DNA of 64,000 bases from Lingula anatina (Eukaryota; Animalia; Brachiopoda). Position numbers and translations under genes: made by a program. Below the pieces are notes generated by a model. It did not search any database. It saw only the letters and a program-made list of their open reading frames with translations, and was not told the origin of the DNA. Below are positions 12,549-25,142 of this stretch, one piece after another (positions within the stretch are counted from its first letter, which is position 1; every line of letters starts with the position of its first letter). The stretch is taken from NCBI GenBank assembly GCA_051362555.1, contig CM120645.1, positions 3,348,001 to 3,412,000 on the forward strand, written 5' to 3'.

Positions 12549-13735
12549 AGCCCTATTTGCACATAGTAAAATTATAAGTAGAACAGCCTCATTTCTTACA
12601 GTGCAAAAATGCAATTACTACAAAATTTGTAAAATCAATTTAAAAGTTGATTAGTCAAAAAATTTCCTGAATAGTTATGTCTTCAATTCTTTTTTTAAAA
12701 TGCTTGGTAGACTCAATTGATCAGATTTTCAGTGGATATAAATTCCATTCCTTTGGACCTACTGATTTAAAAGAAATGTCACCATAAGTTTTTAGGCGCA
12801 TTTTTACCAGCTTATATAAGTAACAATTTGTCTACAGACCGCACGTTTCTTGCTGGGACATAGTGAGTGACTAATTCACTAAGTAGATCGGTGCAACTTT
12901 GTTAAAAGCGTCATGAACAAAGACTAGAAATTTAAATAAAATACTGGCTTGCAGAGGTAGCTAATGTAACTCTTTTAAAACTGGGGTGATATGGTAACTC
13001 ATGGATGTACAGGTTGATAATCTAGCTGAGATGTTCTGAATACGCTGCAGTCTTTTAATCTGTTTTTTTTTTTTTTGACACCCATATAAAATAGAATTAC
13101 AGTAACACAATCTAGACGTTACTAAACAATTTGTAACTGTAGCTGCAGCAGAGTCAGATAGGTGATTACGAATTGCGCATATGTTCCTAATGTTAAATAC
13201 TGCTGACTTGCATATGCTAGCAATTTGATTATTCATAGGAAGCGTTCTATGTAAAAAAGGCCAAGATTCTTAGCATGGGGCGTTGGCTTTATGATACTGG
13301 ATCCAATTTTGAGATCAAATTTTTTTCAACTTTTTTTTGGTTATGTGGCTGGGTTACAACTAAATGTTCAGATTTTCCATCATTGATTTTGAACTTATTT
13401 CTTATCAACCACCCTCGTAGATCATCAATACACTTAGACAGCTTTTCAATTGTTTCATTAGGATTGTTTAACATTACAGCATGTAAACATTTGCGTATCA
13501 TCAGCATAGATGTGATAGCCAAAACTGTGATGTATCAGTGTCTAGAGATGGCTTTTTTAGTAGGGCTTGAAAACAGTTTTCTTGAGTTGACCAGTGAAAG
13601 AACCAGAAACAAAACTAGTGCTGATGATGTGTGTTATCAGGTTGATGACAGCAGGGAGTATCTGAACCATGGGCGCTGTCGACATTGGATCAAGTATGCA
13701 TGACGTCTTTTTAGATTTTTTAATTATTTTTGTTA
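12237..13735 (-). mobile_element. Degraded L2/CR1-group LINE with intact 3' end (copy B)
   Basis: RT C-terminal motifs (VTSRLCYCNSILYG..IKRLQRIQNISARL..HITPVLKELH). Minus-strand AATAAA followed by a (TTA)n tail at ~12237-12290. About 440 bp present in copy A (~288-724) is missing at ~13530. Confidence 0.85.
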
Positions 13736-13944
13736 TGTAATATTTTCATCTTGATGACTTCATGGTTTGGCAACAAAACTAGAAAACGTGTCAGTTTTGG
13801 TGTTTCAACTTCAAAGTTTTACAATTTAAGCAAAAATTAGACTTTTGGCCTGTATAATTTTTCAAGGGGTAAGCACTCTGTATAGTGCTCCTAGCGCTTC
13901 CATCCTGTTGTCAGCAATACACAGAGCCAGCCGCATCTTTAGAA

Positions 13945-15056
13945 ATAAACAACATTTCAACAAGATCTTCAGATTGATTGACAGGCAGTACGTTGCCTTG
14001 ACAACAAACTAGATACATCCAGTCCAATCTGGCTGTTGTACCCAGTACTTGTGTAGTTTCTATTTTAGGAACGGTCTTTGTTACTAGAGCACGTAGTTTT
14101 TTAAACAAATAAATATTCAGTAGTCAGCCTGTTATGTGGAAACATTTTGTCTTGTGAAGTTCTGGAAGGTGTTCACTTTCACAATTTGGCGGTAAGTTTG
14201 CTTAGACTTCGTTTTGGGACCACATGTTTTGTACCAAATGTAGGTCACTCTTTTCAATGCAATCCAGGAAAAGACGAGAAGACGTTAGTATGCAACAAAA
14301 ATTTCTTTTTCAAGATTTTTGTTCTTAACTTCTAATAAAACATAACCTGTCCGTCGGACAGCCCACCCTGCAAATTCACTAGTCCGAACTGAATTTTCAC
14401 CTGTGGAGCCCTGCTTTGGTGTCATCATACACTTTATTCGACTGTCTGATACTTTCCTGTGTTCTTTTCTTACGTGCTGGGGCATCACATTCATTATTAG
14501 CACCAAAATACTTACAGAGGGTAGACTGCGACAGGGGTAATCCTGACTGCGACTTAGGCGCAATCTTGTATAATCCACGTGCGTCGTGACGTCATTTAAT
14601 TAATTTTTTTATGAGAAAGACGTACAATTCAAGATTATAGAAGAAGCAAAACTTAAACTGTGTAATTAGACGAGATTGGGTGAACTTGAATGACCATACA
14701 TCGTTCGTCACTTGTATCGTAAACAAGCATATAAATGCCTCGTTTGATACTTTGTATCAGACGTTTCATAACACGGTGAAGGGCCTTTGCGCTAGGCATG
14801 CCTGGAACACATTGAATAAGCATGTACTTTCGGTTTTCGTTCATTTTTTGAGAGTGTTGATTTGTTGTGGGCCTAGTCTCATTGTTTTCATTTTATTTTA
14901 ACCAAATCTGCTTAATATGAATGTGCATATTGATATACAATTATTTTAGAGGCCACAAAATGGCCAGACCGACGGACTGGCAACTTTTGGAAAGAGACCG
15001 CCCGGGTGACAATTGAGCCGTCCCGGGCTGCCGGACGGTCCTTATTTCGTCCCCTG
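13945..15056. mobile_element. Probable non-autonomous DNA transposon fragment (hAT-like ...TTTCGTCCCCTG end)
   Basis: Absent from copy A, ends in 'cttatttcgtcccctg', and is flanked by a duplication of host sequence (~13758-13941 and ~15058-15279). Confidence 0.45.
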
Positions 15057-15275
15057 GAACTTCATGGTTTGGCAACAAAGCTAGAAAACGTGTCAGTTTT
15101 GGTGTTTCAACTTCAAAGTTTTACAATTAAAGCATAAAATTAAACTTTTGGCCTGTGTAACCTTTCGACTCATTATTTCTTGTGGGAGAGAAAACTTTTC
15201 AAGGGGTAAGCGCTCTCTATAGTACTCCTAGCGCTTCCATCTTGTTGTCAGCAATACACAGAGCCAGCCGCATCT

Positions 15276-15667
15276 TTAGTCGACTTCTTCATTAATTCTT
15301 TTGTAATCCATTCGATAAACGTAATACTCAATCTCATACATGACATCAGGCTTGATATAATGAAATGAGATGGGGTACCTGCTACAGCATTCAAAACCCT
15401 GGAAAAGATTAAGAAAAAATACAGATCAGCGGTGGTTATTGGTAATGAAGTATATTCTATACTGATGTACACGCAAGAGTGCTAAAATATCAAGGCCAAA
15501 GTTAACATAAAGTAACAGTAGGTACCAGTAGTATGTTTTCGTCGGGATGTCTAGGTTGAACGTTTTGAATCTGCAATAATACAATTGTTCAATAAAGAAA
15601 AGTTGACATTTGTAGTAAAATCTGTTTAACCAAATTGAACAACAGTGTAGTAAACTGGGCAATTTTA

Positions 15668-15700
<33 letters not shown>

Positions 15701-15735
15701 ATAATAATAATAAATAAATAAAAAATAAAAAATAA

Positions 15736-15781
<46 letters not shown>

Positions 15782-18700
15782 AATGAATAAATAAATAATA
15801 AAATAAAATAAATGGCGAATTTGTCTAGTTTCGTTTGTTATGCTGTTTTTAACAATACAAGGGCGGGAGGGGTGAGCTCCGAAGGGGTGGGTGTGGAGGA
15901 GGCAGTGGCCCGCTGTAAGCACCACCCCTTTAGTCTGCTTTCGTATCTTCAGGACCCCATCTAAATAAAATATAAAATTATAAAATTTTAGATCGGCTGG
16001 TGTGGACTTCATCCTACCCACCTCCACTGCCCCATGAGCGTCCCCCTTTTTATACCAGTCAGCGTAGTGGCCCTTCAGGTGGACATAAGGAGGAAAAATC
16101 ATAAACCGCTCTCTGCCCAACTCGTCCCGAGTGTCCACCGGTTCGGCACCAACACTTAACAAGCATTTCGCCGTTTTCATGTCCTCGGCTGATGTCCAGA
16201 AAACAAATGGCAGATTAAAATATTAAATTAAGTCAGAATATTTTTGTTGATTTAAAGCCTATTGCGTGATCAGTGGATATATATAGAAGGTACCTTGGAC
16301 ATGTTACATTGTATAAGGACATAATGTTTATTGAGACAGAATATACATGTTTGAACCTAATAGGACGGTGCAATTTGAAATCTTCTCTACCACAATCTAT
16401 CTCCTGTATTTCCAATTTGTGTGATTATGAATACAGTTGCCTATAAAGATTGCTTGAGTTTTCACGTGTACTTTAAGGTTATAAATGTTGTTAAAATATG
16501 CTGGGCAATTACCATCATGCGAATTTCATTAGAAATATATATGTATATTGGCTATTGAACATTTTAACACATGTCACTTTAATATACTGGTATGTATCAT
16601 CTGAAACGAAAGGAGATCTGTTAGAGATATGCAACTTGAATAATAATGGGTTAAAAAGATGAAACGATATACAGGCTGTTCCTTATACAAGGACCTATTT
16701 TGAATTGAGTTGGAAAGCAAAAATGGTCGTTTTTATGGACCACCCTGTACATGAATGAGATATACATGTATAGGCCTACCCTCTCCGTCCTGCAGGCATT
16801 TCGGGTCGCTGTTAATGGCTTTCGTAACAAGCAATCTGACAGCTTCCCTGCTAAGCACCAACCCTGGACCTCCACTCATATACACGGACTTCTTAATTCT
16901 AGTATCAGCGTTGAATTCCCAATCACTGGGGTAAAACTGGTGTCCATAAAACTCTGCCCTCTTTGGGTCCCTAGATGTTAGATAATGTTTCAAATTTTCT
17001 ACAATTACGTATGTATCAGGGTCAGCTTTGATAAAGAAATCTGCATCGTTCAGATGATGCTCGTAAATATATTTCCATGCAGCTTTGGCCTTTTTTGCAA
17101 TGTGTCCTCTCCCGGGTGGTACACGTAAACCAATCGTTGGGAACGTCTTATTTTCCATGGAGCTCATAAATAATGTGACGTCACATCTTCTCGCCCACGT
17201 GTCTCTGACGTGAATAACGCGCTTGTCGAGATCTGGAGGATCAGTAAGTAGCCAACAAAGAACTCTTGGCATTGGAGGTCCTTTTTCTGTAAGCAAAGGT
17301 GAAATAATGTGTTTATATAGAAAAACATATCAGATAGCAAATCTGTTTTTATATTCCAAACATAAAGACGATCGAGATAGATTTGCTATGCATAAATCTA
17401 AGCGTAGGACAGGGGCGGATCCATAGAATTTTTCTGACAGTCTTCCATATTACATTTGTTGATCCATCCTCCATTTTTGACCGTCTTCCGACAGAAAGAA
17501 CAGATACCCGACGATGTAAACTTGAAAAGCTGACCGTCTTCCGGAAGACTCAGAAGACGGCCTGAATCAGTACCTGCCTAATAATAAGTTGTTTCGCACT
17601 CTGTTTATCCCCTTTATTTTTTCTTTGGTGTTTCATTCTACCGGTAGTCTACTCCTGATTTTATTTATACTTTTTTCTTGGGTGCACTACAACTATTAAA
17701 ATTCAACCAATTTTTTTTTGGCCCTCTGTCATGTTTCACTTGTTCACTCGTTCGTATTTTTCCAGTTTCAGTGCAGTTAATATGAGTACATCTCTGACTC
17801 ATCATCCCAATCACCCCTTGTCTTTTTGAAATTTGTTTTTGAAAACACTTTTGATGCGGGATCCCAAAGGGAAAATGAGATGAGATTACTTCAACAGGAT
17901 AATTTTATCACAGGTGCTTTTTATTTCTCTTAAAATTCAATCATTGAAATTATTACAGTAATCCAATATTTTCCCTGGGAATCGTCAATTGCACATTTTG
18001 GTAGATAGTAAAATTTTCCATTTGGGGGGGGGGGGGAGAGAAAGGAAGATGACAAGATGACTAAATCTGTTTGCATAGTCATTACCTTGACTAGAAAAGT
18101 ATGCTTACGTTACAGATATTTTCCTAACCAGCCGTCTCTCTAATTGCCATCTTTATCTATTCAGATTTTTATCTCAAAGCCTGCCTTAATTTTGACCACA
18201 TAGATGCAAGTGTTCAAAAATTGCTTTTGTTAACAGCTCAAGTCAATGTTAAGATTTTAGCAGTACATGCATTCTCTCATTATGATGCAGGCGGAATGCG
18301 ACTACCTGTACAATAAGTGGTAGATAGTCGTAGGGATCCGTTTTATTAAAATCACTGGCCGAAAAGAAAGTTAAACAGGGCAACCAATTGTAGATCTCCG
18401 CTAATAACGAACAGTATCCCTCTCCCCTATTTCCTTCACTGATGTATCAACAGCAGCGCTACACGGGCGCCAACACACTCACACACACAAACACACTCAC
18501 TTTAACTGGCGCACACACTCCAACTCTCTCTAGTAACCTCTCTCTCACGCACACACACACGCACACACACACACAGCATTTCCTGTGTATATTCTGATTA
18601 TGAAGAGAAAATATAAGTTTAACATCTTTGTTACTTGTATTTTTACCTGGTCTCGAGGCATGCTGGTCCGTATCTATCTCCTCACGAGAACAAGTTAGGA

Positions 18701-18782
18701 GTCCTTGTATAACCAGTTGTACTGCTATGTTAGATATTACTATGGCGGGTATCACGGTGAAATAGATTTGGTTTTGCCTCAT
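15276..18782 (-). CDS. C1GALT1: Glycoprotein-N-acetylgalactosamine 3-beta-galactosyltransferase 1-like (core-1 T-synthase, GT31), intact, 310 aa
   Basis: Exons 18782-18647 (type II signal anchor MRQNQIYFTVIPAIVISNIAVQLVIQGLL), 17286-16780 (RVLCWLLT..TWARRCD..DADFFIKADPDTYVIVENL..YMSGGPGLVLSREA), 16188-16022 (AEDMKTAKCLLSVGAEPVDTRDELGRERF) and 15398-15276 (GFECCSRYPISFHYI..MYEIEYYVY). All GT-AG, 933 nt in frame. Confidence 0.9.
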
Positions 18783-21145
18783 GTTCAATGAAAAAATACT
18801 GTATTGGGGGTAGGTGATTTGCCAAATGTTTCCCTCATGCCCCACAGGTGGTTTTCCATATGCATGTATATATTTCTGTGCACGTGTCCTTTGCCACATC
18901 ACATTATTCCAGTCTCTCGTTTGACGAAGACTCTATTGCAAGTTAAATGAGGCCATTGTTCTAGCTTGTACGTACTGTACTTGTTTGAATACCTAATGTA
19001 TTCGCTAACGCCGGTGAATATGGGCAAAAATGAGGGATAAGATCTTTGATAATATCCTGTAGAAAATATCTTTAACTTTGTTATGGAACTGATATATTCT
19101 AGCTTGGACTCAAAACACTCATTGGTCCAAATGAGCTTTTTTCTTTTAGATATGCATGTTTATGTGCATTATTTGACCTTATTCTATAGGACCTCGCATT
19201 TTGCGTGACAAATTTCATTAGTGCATGTCTCGCCGAAAATAGGGCAGGCTGCGCAGCTTAGTAAATCTACGTGGAAGATCGAAGTAAGAGATAGTCAAGG
19301 TGCTGAAAAAGAGCGATAAATATCTACTGGTACATCCACATGTACATATGGGTGTGTAATACAATCTTTATACACAAACATGTAAGTGAAGGGCATTTTT
19401 TGAGCTAAAGATAATTTATGCCACAGGCCCCCTGTGCACATTCGTATTGCAGAAAAAGTTTGAAGTCGGTAATGTATGGCTGCGCTTCTCTAAACTTTAA
19501 ATATTGACTTATTTTTCTTGTTCATGTATGTCACAAAGTACAGAAGAGAACAGGGTTCTCTGATCATCTGTAATATCCTGCGTCGTTTTTTGAAGCAGTT
19601 TTACAAAATTTTTAATACGAGGTTACACGGGGAAAGTGGAAGGTAATTATTTTAATGGCAGGGAAATTTTGTCACTGGTACCTTTTATGTCGAATGAAGC
19701 TCAATTTCTAGCATTAAAGCTATTAAATATTTTTTGCAAGTATCGAAAATTGCTCTTGGATGGTTTAGTTGTTTTCACTTAAATAAATTATCTCAATTAA
19801 AAGCGTATTTGTGTGAATTTATCTCTATCATATGTGTTTTCAAAGAAGGGGCAAGAAGGGAGATTGGAGCCTACGTGATAACGATAACTACAGCATAATT
19901 ATGTTGCATTATTTTAATCGCTTGAAAGGTTTGGCCGTAAGTTTAAGTCGTATTTGTACTGTTTGTACATTGTACTGAATTATCATGTTTTATTGAAATA
20001 TATAGAACGAAAAGAGAAGCCATACGTTCGAAATAACGGATCGAAATAAAGGAGTTTAGCAATCACTTTTAGTGACATAGGAACAAAATTAAAAGCTGCC
20101 CTGCCATACACCTGCCTGGGAGAGGCACGGCGATAGATAAAAGCCTGAAGTAAAATTTACGTCAGGAAGTTTTCAAAGCCTTCCCGCAAGAAAATGCAGT
20201 AGTATCGAAGTAGCAAGGAAGCATTAACGCAGTAATGGTGTGGAGCATATTTGCAGTAGAAATGCATTATAGCCTTCTGCAATTCTACTTCAAAAATTAC
20301 ATAGGGTTGTACAGAGGAGGAGCATTAATGCAGTAGATTAGCAGCATGATAGAAGCATGTTTCAAATATGCTAATTAATGTACGCTGGCAGTACTCATGG
20401 TTTTAGTCCCGACCCGTCTCGTAAAGCTCCGCCGGCTCCTGTGGCTCCGCCGGCTCCACGGTCGGGCGCCGGAAACAAGTCACCGTTACCGCTTCTCCTC
20501 CTAGACCACAAGGACCTGTGTCCCCATCTCTTGGATTTAGGTCACATATAATCTCAACTTTAACACCCTGTTTTTTTTGTCTCTGTTGGTGCATTGGCCT
20601 GGGCGTGGCGCTTGTTGAAACGCACCATTGTCAAAATTTTTGAAAATTCAATGCTAAATATCTCCCAAACCAAAGGAATTATGGGAAAAATTACTACAGA
20701 AGTCTGACCGAAAATCATATGTGGAGATTCCAAATATGCCCTTGGATTTGACTTTTGACCTTTTTTCAAGGTCAAACAAGCCAAAATTTTCTAAAAATGG
20801 GAATTTTCTGCAAAAAATATTTGTTTGTGCTAATTTTGGAAACTACACAGCCCTTAGCTCTCCTGTTATAGTGAGGGGTTACCACTGGGGACTCCTTTCA
20901 TCTTTGGGAGTTTGGGGTCAATCGGTGCATTTTCACAAGAGAAACAGCCATTTGATATGAAACTGAAAACTCGCTCTAATTCTGAAACGGTAAATGCCAG
21001 AGACCTCTTGTTTATTGTATTTTTAGACCTTGTCAAGTGCAATACTGGAGGTGGTGTCCATTTTTTTGTTTTCGATATGGTTTAGGCATTGTGCTATATC
21101 AAAAATTACAACATCGCAACATTCAGTGGGGAAAATGTGAAATAC

Positions 21146-21723
21146 TCCAAAATTAGCAGAGATACGCCCATAGTTACTATTGAACTTGAATAGGAAGTCA
21201 TATACTGGTAATCTAACTGTGACCTTGAAATTGATCTTTGACCTACTTTTCATGATGAACTGCACTTTGCAAGTTTTCTGATCTTTATATCTCCAAAACT
21301 GGCAGAGATACACCCATAGTTACTATTGAACTTGAATAGGAAGTCATATACTGGTAATCTTACTGTGACCTTGAAATTGACCTTTGACCTACTTTTCAGT
21401 ACTGCACTTTGCAAGTTTTCTGATCTTTATATCTCCAAAACTGGCAAAGATATGCTCATAGTTACTATTGAACTTGAATAGGAAGTCATATACTGGCAAT
21501 CTAAATATGACCCTGAAATTGACCTTTGACCTACTTTTCACCATGAACTGAACTTTGCAAGTTTTCTGATCTTTATATCTCCAAAACTGGCAGAGATAGG
21601 TCCATAGTTACTATTGAACTTGAATAGGAAGTCATATACTGGCAATCTTACTGTGACCTTGAAATTGACCTTTGACCTACTATTTATGATGAACTGCACT
21701 TTGCATGTTTCCTGGCCTTCATA
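21146..21723 (+). repeat. ~145-bp tandem repeat (4 units; a further degraded unit resumes at ~23388)
   Basis: Units start 'ctccaaaa' at ~21146, 21291, 21433 and 21579. Confidence 0.9.
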
Positions 21724-23385
21724 CAGACTTGACATTTAATATGGAATATTTCAGTTTCGAAGGTATACCTAGGTAAAAATACGTTCTTTTTTCAAAAAAC
21801 TCCGATCTCATATAAGATTTGTGAATGTAAAAGTGTGCAGTTAGGTGTGTCACTACCAATTAACTGACTTTCATGCTTGTTGCGCTGCTACATTATGTAA
21901 TTTGCAGTGATTTAATTGGGTAGTGTTCCTTTGGGCTGATCAAAGCTTGGCTTAGGCAAAGCTTGGTTCTGTCAAAAAAGTATCCATATTTCGGCAACTA
22001 CTGCATAGAAGAATTTGAAATTCTGCATGCAAGCGGTCAGTTTTGCAGTGCGTAAGATGAGTCAAGTAGTGCATTACAAATTTGTTAATCTAAGGCAGAA
22101 TGGCGCGAAAAAGACAGACATAACCAGACAGATCATAGCGCCTAACGGAACGGTCCCCACAGTTTTATAGAGTAATGCCCAGACTGATGTACCTACACAG
22201 AGGTCACCCCCAATGTATCAAAATTTTACCTACAGGGTACAGGACCCACTGTCTTTCGGGATACGCTGCTGCAACTAAACAAAAAACACTTAGTCCGTTC
22301 AGAACTAGGGGTAAATTGCCACTAAAATGCGTTTTTCAAAGCCCTTAGCGAACACCAAACTGGTTTTCGCAGGTAAGAACACCAAGTGACCTCCGAGGTA
22401 CCCACTGTATACAGCAAAACATCGTCGTCTGTTTCTCTAATGAATTAGGGGCCATGAACGTTTCTGGGTAGAACACTGAAACTGCGTGGCTTTCTTTATT
22501 GAGGTCAGATTTCACCTGTACCGCTCAATTAGTCAAAACAGAGTTTACAGATATCCAGAAGAGGCCTACGATGAAGCATATGCCGGGTCTAAAGTGACAA
22601 GGGTGATTGACAGCGTCAGTATTTGGAGTAGATTCCACATTGGTGCCAAAACACCAATGGTAGTCATCGACGAAAACCTGAACCAGATCAAATAAAGGAA
22701 TAATCTCGGAATCACTTGACTATCATTTGATAGGGGGCACCTTAGGTACAATTCTAGGTTGCACGATGAGGTTGCAGGTTCACACAGAGCACTTTAAATA
22801 GCAGATAACTTACAGAACCAAGGGAATGAGCAGCTACCCTGGTCATCAAAATCGCCACATTTGAACCACATAGACAATATTTCGTTCAACCATTACTCGC
22901 CAATCAACTGCCTTCATGTCCTACAACAAAACTGGACCAGATTGGGCAATTTTAGACCGATGCCTGGAATGCTATACCAGATTGAATTCTAAAAACCTAC
23001 CCCTAAGAAGTGCCTTGCCGCTTGAGAACGCTGGCAACAGCCACGAAGAGGCCAGGCGTAACAACGACCATTACTGTGACTAGCAACTGACATGAAGGTC
23101 TTTTGTGGAGCGTGTTACCCTTTTACAGACGATAATTTGAAAAATATGGAGATTCAAAATATCTCTCTTAATGGGTGTCGTATGACATAGAATAGGCAAT
23201 GTGTTTTTGTTTGCTTCTCTGGCGAATTCCATTAATGAACTGATGTCACAATGACACCAAAGAGATAATTTAAAGTTATTAAAACACGGTTTTAATCCTT
23301 ATTTTCTTTTATCAGTAAGCCAAATAGGAAAAAACTGATAAAAAATCATTTCGAAAAAAATATTCCATATTAAATGTCAAGTCTG
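21724..23385 (+). mobile_element. Decayed Tc1/mariner transposon
   Basis: TIR cagacttgacatttaatatggaatatt / aatattccatattaaatgtcaagtctg with TA duplication. Transposase relics: VAFFIEVRF (cf. VLFSDESRF), SVSIWSRFHIGAKTPMVVIDENLN, QLPWSSKSPHLNHIDNI (cf. WPSxSPDLNPIEN). Confidence 0.85.
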
Positions 23386-24149
23386 TATCTCCATAATTGG
23401 CAAAGAAATGCCCATAGCTACTATTGAACTTATATAGGAAGTCATATACTGTGACCTTGAAATTGACCTTTGACCTACTTTTTCACCACAAACTGAACTC
23501 TGCATATTTTCTTGCCCTTCATATCTTCAAAACTAGCAGAGATATGTTTACTGTTGTCCCCAGGTTTTCTCTTTTGTCAGCATATATGCAATACTGATAA
23601 CGCATTTCAAGGAAAACCAATAGGCCTATTGTCTAGAAAATCACAGGAGTGATCAGTGTAAGGAAAATACAGGTCAATTTGAACATCTGCTTGATTGGAC
23701 CATTTTAACAGTTATGTTTTTTCGATTTTTTTTTATTTTTTTATTTTTAGAACTCTGCATTTTATAGACTGGTGGTGGTGTCCATTTTTTTTTTTTTTTT
23801 TTTTTGGGGGGGGGGTCCATACGAATGCGCTTACTCCAGCTGGTGGTACAATATCCAGAGGCGGTATCGCCTCTCTGATCCTCTAGTTAGCTCCTACATC
23901 GAAGCAGATTTGAAGCATGTTTGCAGTATGATTGCAGTAGTCTACTGCGCTGGAGTATCTACTTCGTTTTCGTGCGGGTTATTTAAGAACAAAAAGAAAG
24001 GAGACCCAATGTTGACGCACGCACGCTGTTCATGACAGCGGGTGGGAACCAGTTCAATACGAGCTGCATTTTTCTACATTTATTTACTTGGAGATACAGT
24101 GTTTGCCGGCAATAAAAGCACATGGGAATAAAACTGAGAAAAAAACCCA

Positions 24150-24412
24150 TTTCCATTACAGCTGAATCTGAATTTAATTTCGACTTGGACCCCATTTCCA
24201 TAGATTTTAGATCGATCTGTCCCTGTGGGGAGTCTCACTAGATTACTGTCAGCTTAGCCGGCTTCAGCGTCTGTCCCGCCTACTGAAAGCTGTAAGGGGG
24301 TAATTAACTATGGTGCGCGCTAGGCTGACTGCAATTTAGCATGAACCCCCAGGGAGTTCGGTTGATCTAAATCTTAATCCCTGGATCGATCTAAATCTCT
24401 GGGAATACACCC
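24150..24412. mobile_element. Small MITE-like insertion specific to copy B
   Basis: Absent at the equivalent copy-A site (~6080). Internal inverted repeats (agattttagatcgatc / gatcgatctaaatct). Related inverted sequence at ~29775-29937. Confidence 0.55.
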
Positions 24413-25142
24413 TTAAACACGCTGGTCATACCTGAAACATTTGTTTTAAACTTTAACTTTTTCAGAATGCGCTGACTCTGCCCCTGGTTGTTCGATATGA
24501 CGATATGTTGGCGCCCAGCACCAAGTGGTACCGGTAAACTGGTGGAGAAGGGGCAGTTGATATGTTCGACTGTCAAAATAAATGCTTTAGACCTCAAAAA
24601 AATAGACACAACTAAAATATACTGTATTAAACAAGCCTTTCAACAGGTGCTCATTGGTTTAAGGGCCTATAAATTGAGCGTTTCTGACCTATTTCATGTC
24701 ATCTACCTAAAGTTTGTACAGTTTCGAGGGCGCCTTTTTAATCTCCATCTCTCTCTCTTTCGGCAACTTTTCTTGCGTTACTGATTGATTCGCCCGCGAT
24801 ACTTGTTCCGATAAAGGTACCAACTATCTATTATTTAATGATTCATCACTTTCTGGAGTCTGAAGTTACGCCAGTGAAACGTATGTCAGTTTTAAGTTGA
24901 TAAAATGTCCAATACGCGTGGTATACGTTATGGTAATGCCACCAATTATTTACCTTATACGGTAAAGATTGTGCGGGCTGACAGTCACGGCGAGGCTGGG
25001 GTGCCGCGTTGATATGTATAAATACGAACCCTCGAAGCACAACTCCTCACCCTACCTCATCCACCGGAGACGCAGGGACCCAAGAGAACCCACCAAGGAC
25101 GCGACAGTTGCAGCAAGAAGCCCCGTACTACTGAACGCCACT

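Larger units (their letters stand above)
20401..23888 (+). mobile_element. Helentron-associated (HINE-like) element with internal satellite
   Basis: Starts 'ttttagtccc'; ends with hairpin AGAGGCG-GTAT-CGCCTCT (23857-23874) then CTAGTT; contains tandem ~145-bp repeats with 'tgaccttgaaattgacctttgacct'. Confidence 0.6.
20183..23978. mobile_element. Non-autonomous EnSpm/CACTA-like DNA transposon (CCCGCA...TGCGGG ends, TT duplication) carrying nested elements
   Basis: The empty site in copy A is 'aaagccttatttaag' (~5902-5916); copy B reads aaagccTT[cccgcaagaaaatgcagtag...ctacttcgttttcgtgcggg]TTatttaag. Subterminal 'gcagtag' repeats at both ends. Confidence 0.75.

Noticed and set aside
21146-21723. 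Regularly spaced repeats as a CRISPR array
   Set aside because: Whole ~145-bp units repeat with no unique spacers, no cas genes, and the context is eukaryotic.
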